A DNA stretch of 64,000 nt from an uncultured bacterium (lineage in GTDB: Bacteria; Cyanobacteriota; Vampirovibrionia; Gastranaerophilales; Gastranaerophilaceae), in the NCBI GenBank assembly GCA_902794035.1, contig CADBFN010000001.1, forward strand, positions 21,599-85,598, in the 5' to 3' direction. Below are positions 1 to 9,399 of this stretch, piece after piece; within the stretch, counting starts at the first letter, position 1; the number at the start of each line of letters is the position of its first letter. The notes under the pieces were generated by a model that saw nothing but the letters and a program-made list of their open reading frames with translations, did not search any database and was not told the DNA's origin. A program made the position numbers and the translations under genes.

Positions 1-185
1 GAAGATATTGCAGGGCATTTTCTGCATAAAACGTCACTGCCACTTATTATAAATATATCCGCATCAGGATTACCGGTTAATTCCTTTGATATTTTACGCC
101 AGGAATTAGCCTGCGGTTTAGAATAATTTAATCCTTTATAGCCTTGCAAACAAATAAAATGATGGGGTCTTAATGATATTTTCAT
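1..185 (-). CDS. DUF1284-like protein, N-terminal part only (CDS runs off the left edge)
   Basis: ATG at 183-185 (rc). Translation MKISLRPHHFICLQGYKGLNYSKPQANSWRKI... resembles the PHHxxC..GxGYS opening of DUF1284 proteins. Absent from the ORF track because it is truncated. Confidence 0.5.
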   Translation of the reverse strand, partial: MKISLRPHHFICLQGYKGLNYSKPQANSWRKISKELTGNPDADIFIISGSDVLCRKCPAIS

Positions 186-221
186 GATTTATTATATTTA
201 AATAAAAAATTAATGATACAT

Positions 222-1061
222 CTATACATCTGCGACTTCAGGCAAATCAATACTTTTTAATCTTTGTTCAATTCTTCTGTACCATTTCAGATGTTGTTTA
301 AACAATATTTCATAATCTTCGACTTTGCCTGTTGAAATATTATGGAATTGTTCATCACAAGTTTGAGTAAGTGCCTGTTCCAGAAACTTTGTATATTCAT
401 GCCTGTCTATATTTTTATCGGTAAGTTCAATGCATTTACCAAAATCAACAACAACTTCCGGTCTGTTATCTCTAAAGAAGCAATACTCTATTGCAGCCGG
501 AATAAGGTTGATTTTTCCATATTTTTTTACGGCTTTTTGAGCAATATAAGCTAATCCGGTCTGAAATTCAATCGGTCTGTAATGAGGCGGACGAATAATT
601 CCCTGTGGGAAAATACATAGTAAATTTCTTAAATCACTCAATAAATCAACCGAGTATTTAAGAGCCTGCATTGCAGATTGTGGAGATTTTTTATTGACCG
701 AATATGCTCCTCCGCGTCTTAATAAAGGAAATCTGTTTAATTCTTCTACCATCAAACGTATTTCTTTTTTACAAATTCTGTGAGCTATATTGTATAATAC
801 AATACCGTCCCACCAATTTGAATGTGGTGCAAACAATATTGTCGGAGCATCTTTATCTCTTTTTGCATAGTTTTCGTACCCGTTGTAACGAAATGCATAA
901 AATCTGTTTTGAAGCATGTTGAAGAAAAATAAGCTCGCAACAGTAAGCCAAAACCTGCTTGTTTTGGCAGGTTTAAACTTTTCTTCCTTACCCCTCAATT
1001 GTGTCGGAGGAACATCCGAATATAATTTTTCTTTAACTACCATAAAATCATCATACTCCAA
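222..1061 (-). CDS. Lysophospholipid/glycerol-phosphate acyltransferase family protein (PlsC-like)
   Basis: 279-aa ORF with the acyltransferase HxxxxD motif (HSNWWD) and a downstream FPQG block. Confidence 0.65.
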   Translation of the reverse strand: MEYDDFMVVKEKLYSDVPPTQLRGKEEKFKPAKTSRFWLTVASLFFFNMLQNRFYAFRYNGYENYAKRDKDAPTILFAPHSNWWDGIVLYNIAHRICKKEIRLMVEELNRFPLLRRGGAYSVNKKSPQSAMQALKYSVDLLSDLRNLLCIFPQGIIRPPHYRPIEFQTGLAYIAQKAVKKYGKINLIPAAIEYCFFRDNRPEVVVDFGKCIELTDKNIDRHEYTKFLEQALTQTCDEQFHNISTGKVEDYEILFKQHLKWYRRIEQRLKSIDLPEVADV

Positions 1062-1094
1062 TTAAAAATAAAATAAAACCTTTTATAAAGAAAT

Positions 1095-1574
1095 TTAACC
1101 TTTATTTTCTAAAAGAACAACCGCATTTGCTTCTATAGCCAATTTTTGCCCGACTGCATCCAGATTTTCTTTGGTTTTCGCTTTTATTGATATATCATTT
1201 GGAGATATTTCTAATATTTTTGCCAAGACCGTTTTCATCTTTGGAATATACGGCATCATTTTCGGTTCCTGAGCAATTATATTGCTATCAATATTAACAA
1301 TTGAATACCCTTTATTTTTAACCAGTTTGAAAACTTTTTCCAATAACAACGAGCTGTCTATATCTTTATAATTCGCATCTGTGTCAGGGAATAATGTTCC
1401 TATATCATCTAAAGCCAAAGCTCCCAACATCGCATCAATCAGTGCGTGAATCAATACATCAGCATCTGAATGCCCCAAAAGACCTTTTTCATGAGTAATT
1501 TTCACCCCGCCAATTATAAGGTCTCGCCCTTGCACTAATTTATGAATATCATAACCTATACCAACTCTGTACAT
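1095..1574 (-). CDS. ispF: 2-C-methyl-D-erythritol 2,4-cyclodiphosphate synthase
   Basis: 159 aa with GIGYDIHKL...GHSDADVLIHALIDAMLGA, the canonical IspF zinc/substrate motifs. Confidence 0.95.
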   Translation of the reverse strand: MYRVGIGYDIHKLVQGRDLIIGGVKITHEKGLLGHSDADVLIHALIDAMLGALALDDIGTLFPDTDANYKDIDSSLLLEKVFKLVKNKGYSIVNIDSNIIAQEPKMMPYIPKMKTVLAKILEISPNDISIKAKTKENLDAVGQKLAIEANAVVLLENKG

Positions 1575-1642
1575 TTAAAATCTCCCATTACAAATTACAG
1601 GATGTGTTTATTATAACACATTTTTTGTGTAATATGTAAAAT

Positions 1643-2857
1643 ATGATAAATTTTAAAAGAAAAGAGATAAATCCCCTTCCGGTACTGAATTTTGCAACAT
1701 TTTTGCAATATCAGAGATTTGTAATGCCTATATCTTTTCTTTTTTATATTTATAATGGGCTGAATTTCTCAGATTTTATTTTATGCCAAAGTATATATAG
1801 TGTAACATGTTTGCTGGGCAAATTTATAATGGGATTTTTGGGAGATATTTTTTCAAAAAAATATATTCTGATTGTTTCATATTTGATGTTTATGGCAAGG
1901 GTTATTTTGTGGATAAATTTCAGCGGTTTTTGGATTGTACTTGCCGGTGAAATCCTCTACGGTTTGTTTAAATCACTATACAGAGGGAATGTAGATAGCT
2001 ATATTTATGAATATTTGCAGCAAAAACATGTAGAAAGCGGAATGATAAATAATTATGGCAAATTATCATTTTTTACATCTTTAGGTTCTGCGATAAGTTG
2101 TTTTGCAGGAGTAATTTTGTACAAATATTATGGGTTTAAACTTATTTTATATATAGAACTTGCGACTCAAATTATTGCAGTATTATGTCTGCTATTGTTA
2201 CCGAATACTAAAAAATATGAACATTCTGCGTTAAAAGCTGTTGAATACACAAAAAACATATTTAACGGAGTGAAATCTGTCTTTACAAACATAAAAATAA
2301 ATTATTATGTATTTTATGCAGCAATGCTTTCGGGTTTGACAAGTGTTTTTGTATGGAATTTTCAGCCGCTTTTAAAATTATCCTCTGCTCCGGTTATTTT
2401 GTATGGGGTTATAAGCTTCATAAATCAGATATTCAGAGCTCTTGGAGGACTTAGCGCCAAAACCTTTGCTGAAAAATTTAAAAATATTTTGGTTACTGTC
2501 GAGTTTAGCGCGGTAGTGTTATCATTTATACTTCTTATATGTGCGTATCAGGTAAAAAATTATATTTTTATATTTGTTTCGCTATTGATAATATGTTGTG
2601 CAATACTGTTATTTGTCATATTTAATATATTTAATATTTCTAATTTGCACAAAAACACAAACGACCAAAATCGTGCAACATCCGCATCAGTAAGTATATT
2701 CGCAGAAGATTTTGCATCTTTTATTTTGCTGCTTAATTTTAAATTTTTATACGATAAAATCGGGATAACAAATACTTTGATAATTTATTTTATACTTGCG
2801 GTAATACTTTTATTTCCTGCATTTGAACAAAGGCAAAAAAGGAACAGTTCCTTATAA
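1643..2857 (+). CDS. MFS-type transporter
   Basis: 404 aa, ~12 hydrophobic segments, overall MFS-like layout. Substrate unknown. Confidence 0.65.
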   Translation: MINFKRKEINPLPVLNFATFLQYQRFVMPISFLFYIYNGLNFSDFILCQSIYSVTCLLGKFIMGFLGDIFSKKYILIVSYLMFMARVILWINFSGFWIVLAGEILYGLFKSLYRGNVDSYIYEYLQQKHVESGMINNYGKLSFFTSLGSAISCFAGVILYKYYGFKLILYIELATQIIAVLCLLLLPNTKKYEHSALKAVEYTKNIFNGVKSVFTNIKINYYVFYAAMLSGLTSVFVWNFQPLLKLSSAPVILYGVISFINQIFRALGGLSAKTFAEKFKNILVTVEFSAVVLSFILLICAYQVKNYIFIFVSLLIICCAILLFVIFNIFNISNLHKNTNDQNRATSASVSIFAEDFASFILLLNFKFLYDKIGITNTLIIYFILAVILLFPAFEQRQKRNSSL

Positions 2858-3787
2858 TATACATGCAAGCACCATAAGAATAAGAGTACCGATTTGAAAT
2901 GCTGTAGCCATATTTCTGCTCCACTTGTCACTATCATAATGGGATGCGGATTTTTGTGCCTGAATGGCACTTGAAAGTCGTGCCATTCGCTCAGAATCAC
3001 TGTCATTTGGAAAACTTGTTCCGAAAATACTGGTTTCTATTCTTGTAAGTCTTTGTGAAGTTGGCTCTGTATCAAATTTTTTACGATAAATTTGCTTTTC
3101 TATTTTCGAGAGATTTAAAGGTTTTACTGCAGTTTTTGATGTATTGTCAGAATTTAGTTCACGATTATTGTACGAATCATAGTCAAAATCATATCCGTCT
3201 CCGTAACTTGGTAAGTGATAGTTTTGAGAAAGTTTATCTGCAGGACTTGTGTAAAAATTATTCTCCTGCTGATGCATACCGTTTGCAAGAAAACTCTGAG
3301 GTTTTAATTGAGCTTTTAATCTATCTACACGAGTTGATAAATCATCTTTATCATATGTTTTGTTAAAAGTTTTTTGCTCTAAATTTGATAATCTTGTTTT
3401 TAGATTCATTTTTTTAAATTCTTTTTTGAAAACCTGTTTTTCTAATTCATCTATTGCCGGATAATCCATAGATGCTGCACTTTCAGGCTCTTTTTCATAT
3501 ACAATATAATCTTCTTCATTCATAAATGTATCCTCTTTAGGTTCAATTTCTTTACCCATCTCATTTGCATTTAAATCTTTTGAAAGTTTTGCAATTCTTG
3601 AATCAACTTTACCTGACTGAACTTTGCCATAAACTTTTTCTTCAATTCTTTTAAGCCTTGAAGTGTCATTTTCACCGGCAAAAGCAAAACCATAGAGCGA
3701 TTTTTCTATTTTATCTATAGTCGCATTTGCACCAAAAGCTACATTTGAAACCAATAAAAGAGCTAAAACAATGATTATTTTTTTCAT
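2852..3787 (-). CDS. Secreted, C-terminally anchored repeat protein of unknown function
   Basis: ORF-track start trimmed to the internal ATG (3785-3787) preceded by GGAGAA. Signal peptide MKKIIIVLALLLVSNVAFGA. Repeated xRLxRIExxxFG-type modules. Terminal hydrophobic helix. Confidence 0.6.
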   Translation of the reverse strand: MKKIIIVLALLLVSNVAFGANATIDKIEKSLYGFAFAGENDTSRLKRIEEKVYGKVQSGKVDSRIAKLSKDLNANEMGKEIEPKEDTFMNEEDYIVYEKEPESAASMDYPAIDELEKQVFKKEFKKMNLKTRLSNLEQKTFNKTYDKDDLSTRVDRLKAQLKPQSFLANGMHQQENNFYTSPADKLSQNYHLPSYGDGYDFDYDSYNNRELNSDNTSKTAVKPLNLSKIEKQIYRKKFDTEPTSQRLTRIETSIFGTSFPNDSDSERMARLSSAIQAQKSASHYDSDKWSRNMATAFQIGTLILMVLACIL

Positions 3788-3987
3788 AATAAATTTCTCC
3801 TCTGATGCAGAATAAAAGACTTTGAACGGGAAATATATTCTATAAATAAGGAGTTTTTGCGAGTTTAAAAATGAAACTTTTGTCATAAGACGAAAGTATT
3901 ATTATTTTTATTTTATATACATATGATTAGCTTTATTTTTGTTAATCATATATTGTAATTTAAATACCTTTTTTTTATAATTTTCCT

Positions 3988-4815
3988 ATGAGTAAAGAGA
4001 GAATTAAACTTAGGGATTTTGAAATCGGCGGGGATAAATTAACTATCCTTGCAGGACCTTGTGCTATAGAAAATCAGGATATACTTGATCAGACAGCAAA
4101 GGGTCTGAAAGAAATTACACAGGAACTTGATATAAATTTTGTATTCAAGTCATCTTTTGACAAAGCTAATCGTTCGTCTTTAACCTCATTTAGAGGTCCG
4201 GGGATGGAAAAAGGGCTTGAAATGCTGCAATCGGTAAAAGATAAGTATAATTTACCTATAGTAACTGATATTCATGAACCAAATCAGGCAAAGGCCGTTT
4301 CTCAGGTTGCTGATATTATACAAATACCTGCATTTTTGTGCAGACAAACAGATTTGCTTGTTGCTGCAGGAAAAACAGATAAAATTATAAATATTAAAAA
4401 AGGTCAATTCCTTGCCCCTGAACAAATGAAATCACTAATTAAAAAAGTTGAAGATTCAGGCAACAAAAATATAATGGTTACCGACAGAGGTACAACTTTT
4501 GGATATAACAATCTGGTTGTTGATTTCAGAAGCATTCCTATAATGGAAGAATTTGGTTACCCTGTCGTATTTGATGCAACTCACAGTGTACAACTTCCGG
4601 GGGCTAACGGTACAAGTTCAGGCGGTGACAGAAGATTTGTCCCGACACTTGCAAAATCTGCAATGGCAGCAGGAGCTGATGTATTGTTTTTTGAAATTCA
4701 TCCTGATCCTGATAATGCACTTTGTGATGGCGCAAATATGGTTGCACTAAAAAATGCAAAAGAATTATTTGATATTTGCAATAAAATATTTAAACTTGTA
4801 AGAGGTCTTGATTAA
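3988..4815 (+). CDS. kdsA: 3-deoxy-8-phosphooctulonate (KDO8P) synthase
   Basis: 275 aa with full-length KdsA-like sequence (AGPCAIE, FKSSFDKANRSS, DATHSVQLPG). Confidence 0.95.
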   Translation: MSKERIKLRDFEIGGDKLTILAGPCAIENQDILDQTAKGLKEITQELDINFVFKSSFDKANRSSLTSFRGPGMEKGLEMLQSVKDKYNLPIVTDIHEPNQAKAVSQVADIIQIPAFLCRQTDLLVAAGKTDKIINIKKGQFLAPEQMKSLIKKVEDSGNKNIMVTDRGTTFGYNNLVVDFRSIPIMEEFGYPVVFDATHSVQLPGANGTSSGGDRRFVPTLAKSAMAAGADVLFFEIHPDPDNALCDGANMVALKNAKELFDICNKIFKLVRGLD

Positions 4816-5442
4816 ATGGTTGAAATGCTGACTTTTGTTCAAGGACCTATTGATGCAAATAATTATCTGTTGATTGACGAAAGCACTAAAGATGCAATAT
4901 TAATTGATTGTTCAAGTTCTGACGATTCTTATGTCAATGAAATAAAACAACTTGGTGTTAATTTAAAAAAAATTTTACTAACCCATGGGCATTTTGATCA
5001 TATTTTGGGATGTAACAGATTCTCTGAGGAATTTGGGTGTGATATATATGTTTCTGAGCCTGATTTGGAACAGATTGCACATGCTCCTCAAATGACAATG
5101 ATGCTTGGCGGAATCGAAATACCAAAAGTTGAAAGTGTTAAAAATATTGTAAAAGAAGGTGATATCTTCAAAATCGGCGATATTGAATTAAAAGCAATTT
5201 CAACTCCCGGACATACAAAAGGCGGTATGTGCTATTTAACAAATGATGGCAGATTATTCAGCGGAGATACACTGTTTAGAAGAAGTGTCGGAAGAACAGA
5301 TTTTATGGGCGGCAGTTTTGAACAAATACAAAAAAGCATAAAAGAAAAATTATTTAAACTCCCTGATAATACTGTTGTATATTGTGGTCACGGGCCTAAT
5401 ACGACAATAGGATACGAAAAAAAATATAATGAATTGGTATAA
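4816..5442 (+). CDS. MBL-fold metallo-hydrolase (glyoxalase II-like)
   Basis: 208 aa with the THGHFDH metal motif. The start abuts the kdsA stop. Confidence 0.85.
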   Translation: MVEMLTFVQGPIDANNYLLIDESTKDAILIDCSSSDDSYVNEIKQLGVNLKKILLTHGHFDHILGCNRFSEEFGCDIYVSEPDLEQIAHAPQMTMMLGGIEIPKVESVKNIVKEGDIFKIGDIELKAISTPGHTKGGMCYLTNDGRLFSGDTLFRRSVGRTDFMGGSFEQIQKSIKEKLFKLPDNTVVYCGHGPNTTIGYEKKYNELV

Positions 5443-5470
5443 TTTAAAGATTTTTAATAAGAGGTAAACA

Positions 5471-6508
5471 ATGAAAGAACAATTAGAAAAAATATATTCA
5501 GATGCAATTTCTGATATTGAAAAAGCTCAGAGCGTAAAAGATTTGGAAGAAATTAAAAATAAATATTTGAGCCGTAAAGGTGAATTTAATGAAATTAAAA
5601 AAGGTTTAAAAGATCTTTCAATAGAAGATAAAAAAGTTGTCGGCTCACTGGCAAATGAAATTACACAAAAACTTGAAAGCTCAATTGCAGATAAATTCAA
5701 ATTGTTTTATGAAAAAGAATTGAATGAAAAATTGCAAAAAGAAAGACTTGACGTAACTATGCCCGGGCAGTTTATTCCAAAAGGGCACAGTCACCTTTTG
5801 ACTTCAACTACAGAAGAAATTTGTTCAATTTTCAGAGGATTGGGTTTTTCTGTTGTTGCTGATGAATTTGCGCCTGAAGTTGAAACTGAATATTATAATT
5901 TTGATATGCTTAATGTTCCAAAAGATCATCCGGCAAGAGATGTTCAGGATACATTTTTCACAAATGTTGCTCCGAATGTTGTTTTAAGAAGTCAAACATC
6001 AGGTGCGCAGATTCACGTTATGGAATCTAAAAAACCTCCTATAAGAGTTGTTGCTCCGGGACGTGTTTATCGTAACGAAAACATAAATTCAAGAAAAAAT
6101 AATTTCTTCCACCAAATTGAAGGTCTTTATGTGGATAAAGGCATTACTTTTGGGGATCTGAAAGGTGTATTAAACGAATTTATAAGAATATATTTTGGTG
6201 AAAGCCGTCCTACAAGATTCAGAAACAGCTTTTTCCCATTCACAGAGCCATCAGCAGAAGTTGATGTTCAGTGCATAATGTGTCAGGGCAAAGGATGCAG
6301 AACTTGTTCAGGTACAGGCTGGCTCGAAATTCTCGGTGCGGGGATGGTAGATCCGAATGTTTTACGCGGTGTAGGAATTGATCCGGACGTTTACAGCGGT
6401 TTTGCATTCGGCGTAGGGGTAGAAAGACTTGCAATGCTTAAATATGCAGTAGATGATATACGTTTATTCTTTAACAATGATGTCAGATTCTCTGCACAGT
6501 TTAAATAA
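5471..6508 (+). CDS. pheS: Phenylalanine--tRNA ligase alpha subunit
   Basis: 345 aa with class II aaRS motifs (HPARD, FRNE-type, GFAFGVGVERLAM). No pheT adjacent. Confidence 0.95.
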   Translation: MKEQLEKIYSDAISDIEKAQSVKDLEEIKNKYLSRKGEFNEIKKGLKDLSIEDKKVVGSLANEITQKLESSIADKFKLFYEKELNEKLQKERLDVTMPGQFIPKGHSHLLTSTTEEICSIFRGLGFSVVADEFAPEVETEYYNFDMLNVPKDHPARDVQDTFFTNVAPNVVLRSQTSGAQIHVMESKKPPIRVVAPGRVYRNENINSRKNNFFHQIEGLYVDKGITFGDLKGVLNEFIRIYFGESRPTRFRNSFFPFTEPSAEVDVQCIMCQGKGCRTCSGTGWLEILGAGMVDPNVLRGVGIDPDVYSGFAFGVGVERLAMLKYAVDDIRLFFNNDVRFSAQFK

Positions 6509-6521
6509 GGGGAAATTTTAA

Positions 6522-7895
6522 ATGTCAATTATCATAATGATTTTATTACTAAGTTTTTTGATTTTAGTTCATGAAGCCGGTCATTTTTTAGCGGCAAGAA
6601 TGCTTGGTATTAAAGTTGATAAATTTGGTTTTGGTTTACCTGTCGGACCAACATTATGGAGTAAAAAAGTCGGAGATATTGAGGTTTTGGTGCATGCCTG
6701 CCTGCTTGGCGGTTATGTTGCATTTCCTGATGATGATAAAGACTCCGATTTGCCAATGGACTCTAAAGACAGATTTATAAATCGCCCTGTCTGGCAGAGA
6801 ATGATTGTAATATCTGCAGGCGTTATCGCAAATATTATTACCGCAATTCTGCTTGTTATGTTTACAGCTGCAGTTTGGGGCAAACTGCCTTCAGGGAATT
6901 ATCAGGTATTTATAAACAGTATTACTGCAGAAAAAACTGAATCCGTCTGGCAAAGCGGTTTACAGAAAAATGACAGAATTATTAAAATAAACGGTTCTGA
7001 TATAAATTCAACATACGCAATTTCACTATATTCGAAAAACAGTGCACGCTATGACGGAAAAGTCAATGAAAAATCTGTTGAGCAAAATTTTGAAGTGCTA
7101 AAAAAACTTAACCCTGATATTAAGCAAGGGGCAATACCTGCAGGGATTTCGGTAAAACTGCCTGATAAAAAAATTACAGAATCACCATTAATAATAGGAG
7201 AAGAAGAATTAAAAGGGTATGTACCTTTTAATAATAAAGAAACAAAACTTTCACAAAATCAGATTGATTTAAGAGATAAATTAATCAATAATAACAAGCC
7301 ATATTACACCGCTGATGGGAATTTTACACTAAACGATCTGGCTTATGCACTTTCTGATAGCCTGAAACCATTAGAAATTACCGTTTTACGAGATAATAAA
7401 GAAATAAAACTGAAACCTGTTTACCCGAATAAAGAAGGTATGATTGGTATTTCTATGACGGCAAAACAGGAATTAGCCGTAACTAAAACTCCCGCTAAAA
7501 TATTTACGGAAAGCTGCAAATATATTTGGGAACAAACTTATATGCTTGTATATGGTCTGTGGCAGTTATTTAGCGGCAAAATTCCTGTAAAAGATTTGCA
7601 TGGTATTGTGGTTATCGCAAAAATCGGCGGAGATGTTATTCAAAACAGCGGAATATTCTCAGGATTACTGCTTACTGCAATGATTTCCATGGATTTGGCA
7701 TTAGTCAATTTTCTGCCAATACCGGCATTAGACGGCGGACATTTTATGTTCCTTGTTATTGAAAGACTCAGAGGAAAGCCTTTAAATCAGGAAAACATAG
7801 AAAAAATCAGCAATGTATTTTTCTTACTTTTGATTTTACTGATGATACTGATTATATTCAATGATGTTTATGCACTGGTAAAACATAAATTCTAG
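6522..7895 (+). CDS. rseP: RIP metalloprotease RseP (M50 site-2 protease)
   Basis: 457 aa with HEAGHF zinc motif, PDZ-like middle region and NFLPIPALDGGH motif. Confidence 0.9.
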   Translation: MSIIIMILLLSFLILVHEAGHFLAARMLGIKVDKFGFGLPVGPTLWSKKVGDIEVLVHACLLGGYVAFPDDDKDSDLPMDSKDRFINRPVWQRMIVISAGVIANIITAILLVMFTAAVWGKLPSGNYQVFINSITAEKTESVWQSGLQKNDRIIKINGSDINSTYAISLYSKNSARYDGKVNEKSVEQNFEVLKKLNPDIKQGAIPAGISVKLPDKKITESPLIIGEEELKGYVPFNNKETKLSQNQIDLRDKLINNNKPYYTADGNFTLNDLAYALSDSLKPLEITVLRDNKEIKLKPVYPNKEGMIGISMTAKQELAVTKTPAKIFTESCKYIWEQTYMLVYGLWQLFSGKIPVKDLHGIVVIAKIGGDVIQNSGIFSGLLLTAMISMDLALVNFLPIPALDGGHFMFLVIERLRGKPLNQENIEKISNVFFLLLILLMILIIFNDVYALVKHKF

Positions 7896-7904
7896 ATAAA
7901 AAGC

Positions 7905-9161
7905 TTAGTTATCTCTAAGACCGGGATCTGAATATGAGCCTGTTATAAGTTTATTAAAACCATACTGCAATTTTGGTAAAACAACCGCCAAAAGTGCGCT
8001 GCTGATTAAAACATTTGAAATAATATTAAATCCTTTTGCAAATTTTGCTTTCTTGACAAAATTTGTTATATTTGAGGATTTTTGCGCTGATTTAATAAAG
8101 TTTTCAAATTCGTTTTTGAACTGAGCCAAGTCCTTTACATCAACATATTTTCTCGGATCTCTAATTCCGTTTTTCAAATATGAAATTTTACCCTGAGAAC
8201 TTGCAATTTGAGAAAATAAACTATTTGGCTTATTATCAATGAATTCAAATATATCTTTTGCAGAATTTGATTTTGGCAGTTCGATATTACCATTTTTGAT
8301 TCCGTCAATTAAATCTTTATTTTCCATAATCAACGGATCAAGATTTACATTTAAACCAAATAATTTTTGTACGCTGTTATCCAAAAATTTTGCAATATAA
8401 ATCGGTGCAACAAAATTAAGAAACATAGAACCCAGCATTCTGAAAGCGTTTACTGCAGCTTCGTCTTTATTTCTTGATGTTGTAACCCTGCCAACAGTCA
8501 AACCGCCGTCTGTAATTGCCATTTTATCAACAGTTTTAAGATTTGCAATTGAACTAATCCAATTACCTGTGAAACTTACATCCTTTTTACCGGAAGTAAA
8601 TACAGTCATGGAAGGCTTTTTAATCTGAACAGACGGAGATTGGGAATTTTCTTTTCTGTTCTTTTTAATGTATCTTGTCAAAGCGAAATTAAGTTTTGGT
8701 AAAACAAAACCCATAACAATTATCGGAATTATAGTAGCCGCTGCGAATTTCCCTGCAGTTAATTTTTCTACAGTTTTACGGTTTAATTTGAATTTTTCTA
8801 ATTCTTTAACTTCCTCAACTGCAGTGTTTTTAAACTTATTTATATTATATTCAATACCCTGAAATTCTTCTTCTTTAAACAACTTTATGCTTGTTTTTGG
8901 ATTAAAACCCTTGCGTTTAATTACATATTTGTCATAAGTTTTTTCAACAAGAGGAATTCCACCCAACCATACAGCTGATGTCGGGTATTCATCAAGTAAC
9001 TTTTCTCTTGTTGCGTCATTTGCCTTTGTTTTTGATTCTTTGAGATTTTCTTTTCTTGTTATATATACTTTTGAAGGGACTTCAATTCCGCAATCTCTTA
9101 GTATTAAAGGGTAAACGCTTCTGTTATTTCCTATTGCCGATATTATGTTTGTAATTGTCAT
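7905..9161 (-). CDS. Uncharacterised membrane protein (418 aa) downstream of the His-leader switch
   Basis: ATG preceded by GAGGAA. Hydrophobic segments near residues 130-155 and 375-400. I recognise no family. Confidence 0.6.
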   Translation of the reverse strand: MTITNIISAIGNNRSVYPLILRDCGIEVPSKVYITRKENLKESKTKANDATREKLLDEYPTSAVWLGGIPLVEKTYDKYVIKRKGFNPKTSIKLFKEEEFQGIEYNINKFKNTAVEEVKELEKFKLNRKTVEKLTAGKFAAATIIPIIVMGFVLPKLNFALTRYIKKNRKENSQSPSVQIKKPSMTVFTSGKKDVSFTGNWISSIANLKTVDKMAITDGGLTVGRVTTSRNKDEAAVNAFRMLGSMFLNFVAPIYIAKFLDNSVQKLFGLNVNLDPLIMENKDLIDGIKNGNIELPKSNSAKDIFEFIDNKPNSLFSQIASSQGKISYLKNGIRDPRKYVDVKDLAQFKNEFENFIKSAQKSSNITNFVKKAKFAKGFNIISNVLISSALLAVVLPKLQYGFNKLITGSYSDPGLRDN

Positions 9162-9208
9162 ATTATTTTCCTCAATTCTGTTTAACTTAATCCTCTATAA
9201 ACTTCGAG

Positions 9209-9246
9209 GTTAAAAATAACCTCTTTGGGTGAATCCCATAGAGGTT
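9209..9246 (-). terminator. Candidate intrinsic terminator of the leader (helix 2:3)
   Basis: Minus strand AACCTCTATGGG-ATTCA-CCCAAAGAGGTT (11 of 12 bp) followed by ATTTTTAA. Confidence 0.45.
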
Positions 9247-9299
9247 ATTTACAGAATTGATTATATTTTTTTACAAAGACAACTCAACTCAAACAACCT

Positions 9300-9350
9300 C
9301 TATGGGTTTGTATGATGAGTATGATGATGTTTTTGTAAATAATTTTTCAT
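9300..9350 (-). CDS. 16-codon His-rich leader peptide MKNYLQKHHHTHHTNP
   Basis: AAGGAG SD 5 nt upstream of the ATG (9348-9350 rc). Codons CAT CAT CAT ACT CAT CAT. The TAG stop lies inside helix strand 1. Confidence 0.45.
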   Translation of the reverse strand: MKNYLQKHHHTHHTNP

Positions 9351-9367
9351 TTTTTCTCCTTGATTTT

Positions 9368-9395
9368 ATTATAACGCAATAATTATAAATGTAAA
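9368..9395 (-). promoter_or_regulatory. Sigma70-like promoter TTTACA-16 nt-TATAAT
   Basis: Read on the minus strand between the stop of the 188-aa gene and the leader SD. Confidence 0.45.
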
Positions 9396-9399
9396 TAAC

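Noticed and set aside
2852-3886. Longer N-terminal extensions offered by the ORF track (also 17602-17913, 18519-18929, 19251-20570, 32090-32482, 32769-34049, 38087-39250, 51781-52431, 53114-53509, 59062-60768)
   Set aside because: In each case an internal ATG preceded by an AGGAG-type SD gives a canonical N-terminus (a signal peptide or a conserved family start). The upstream extension has no SD.
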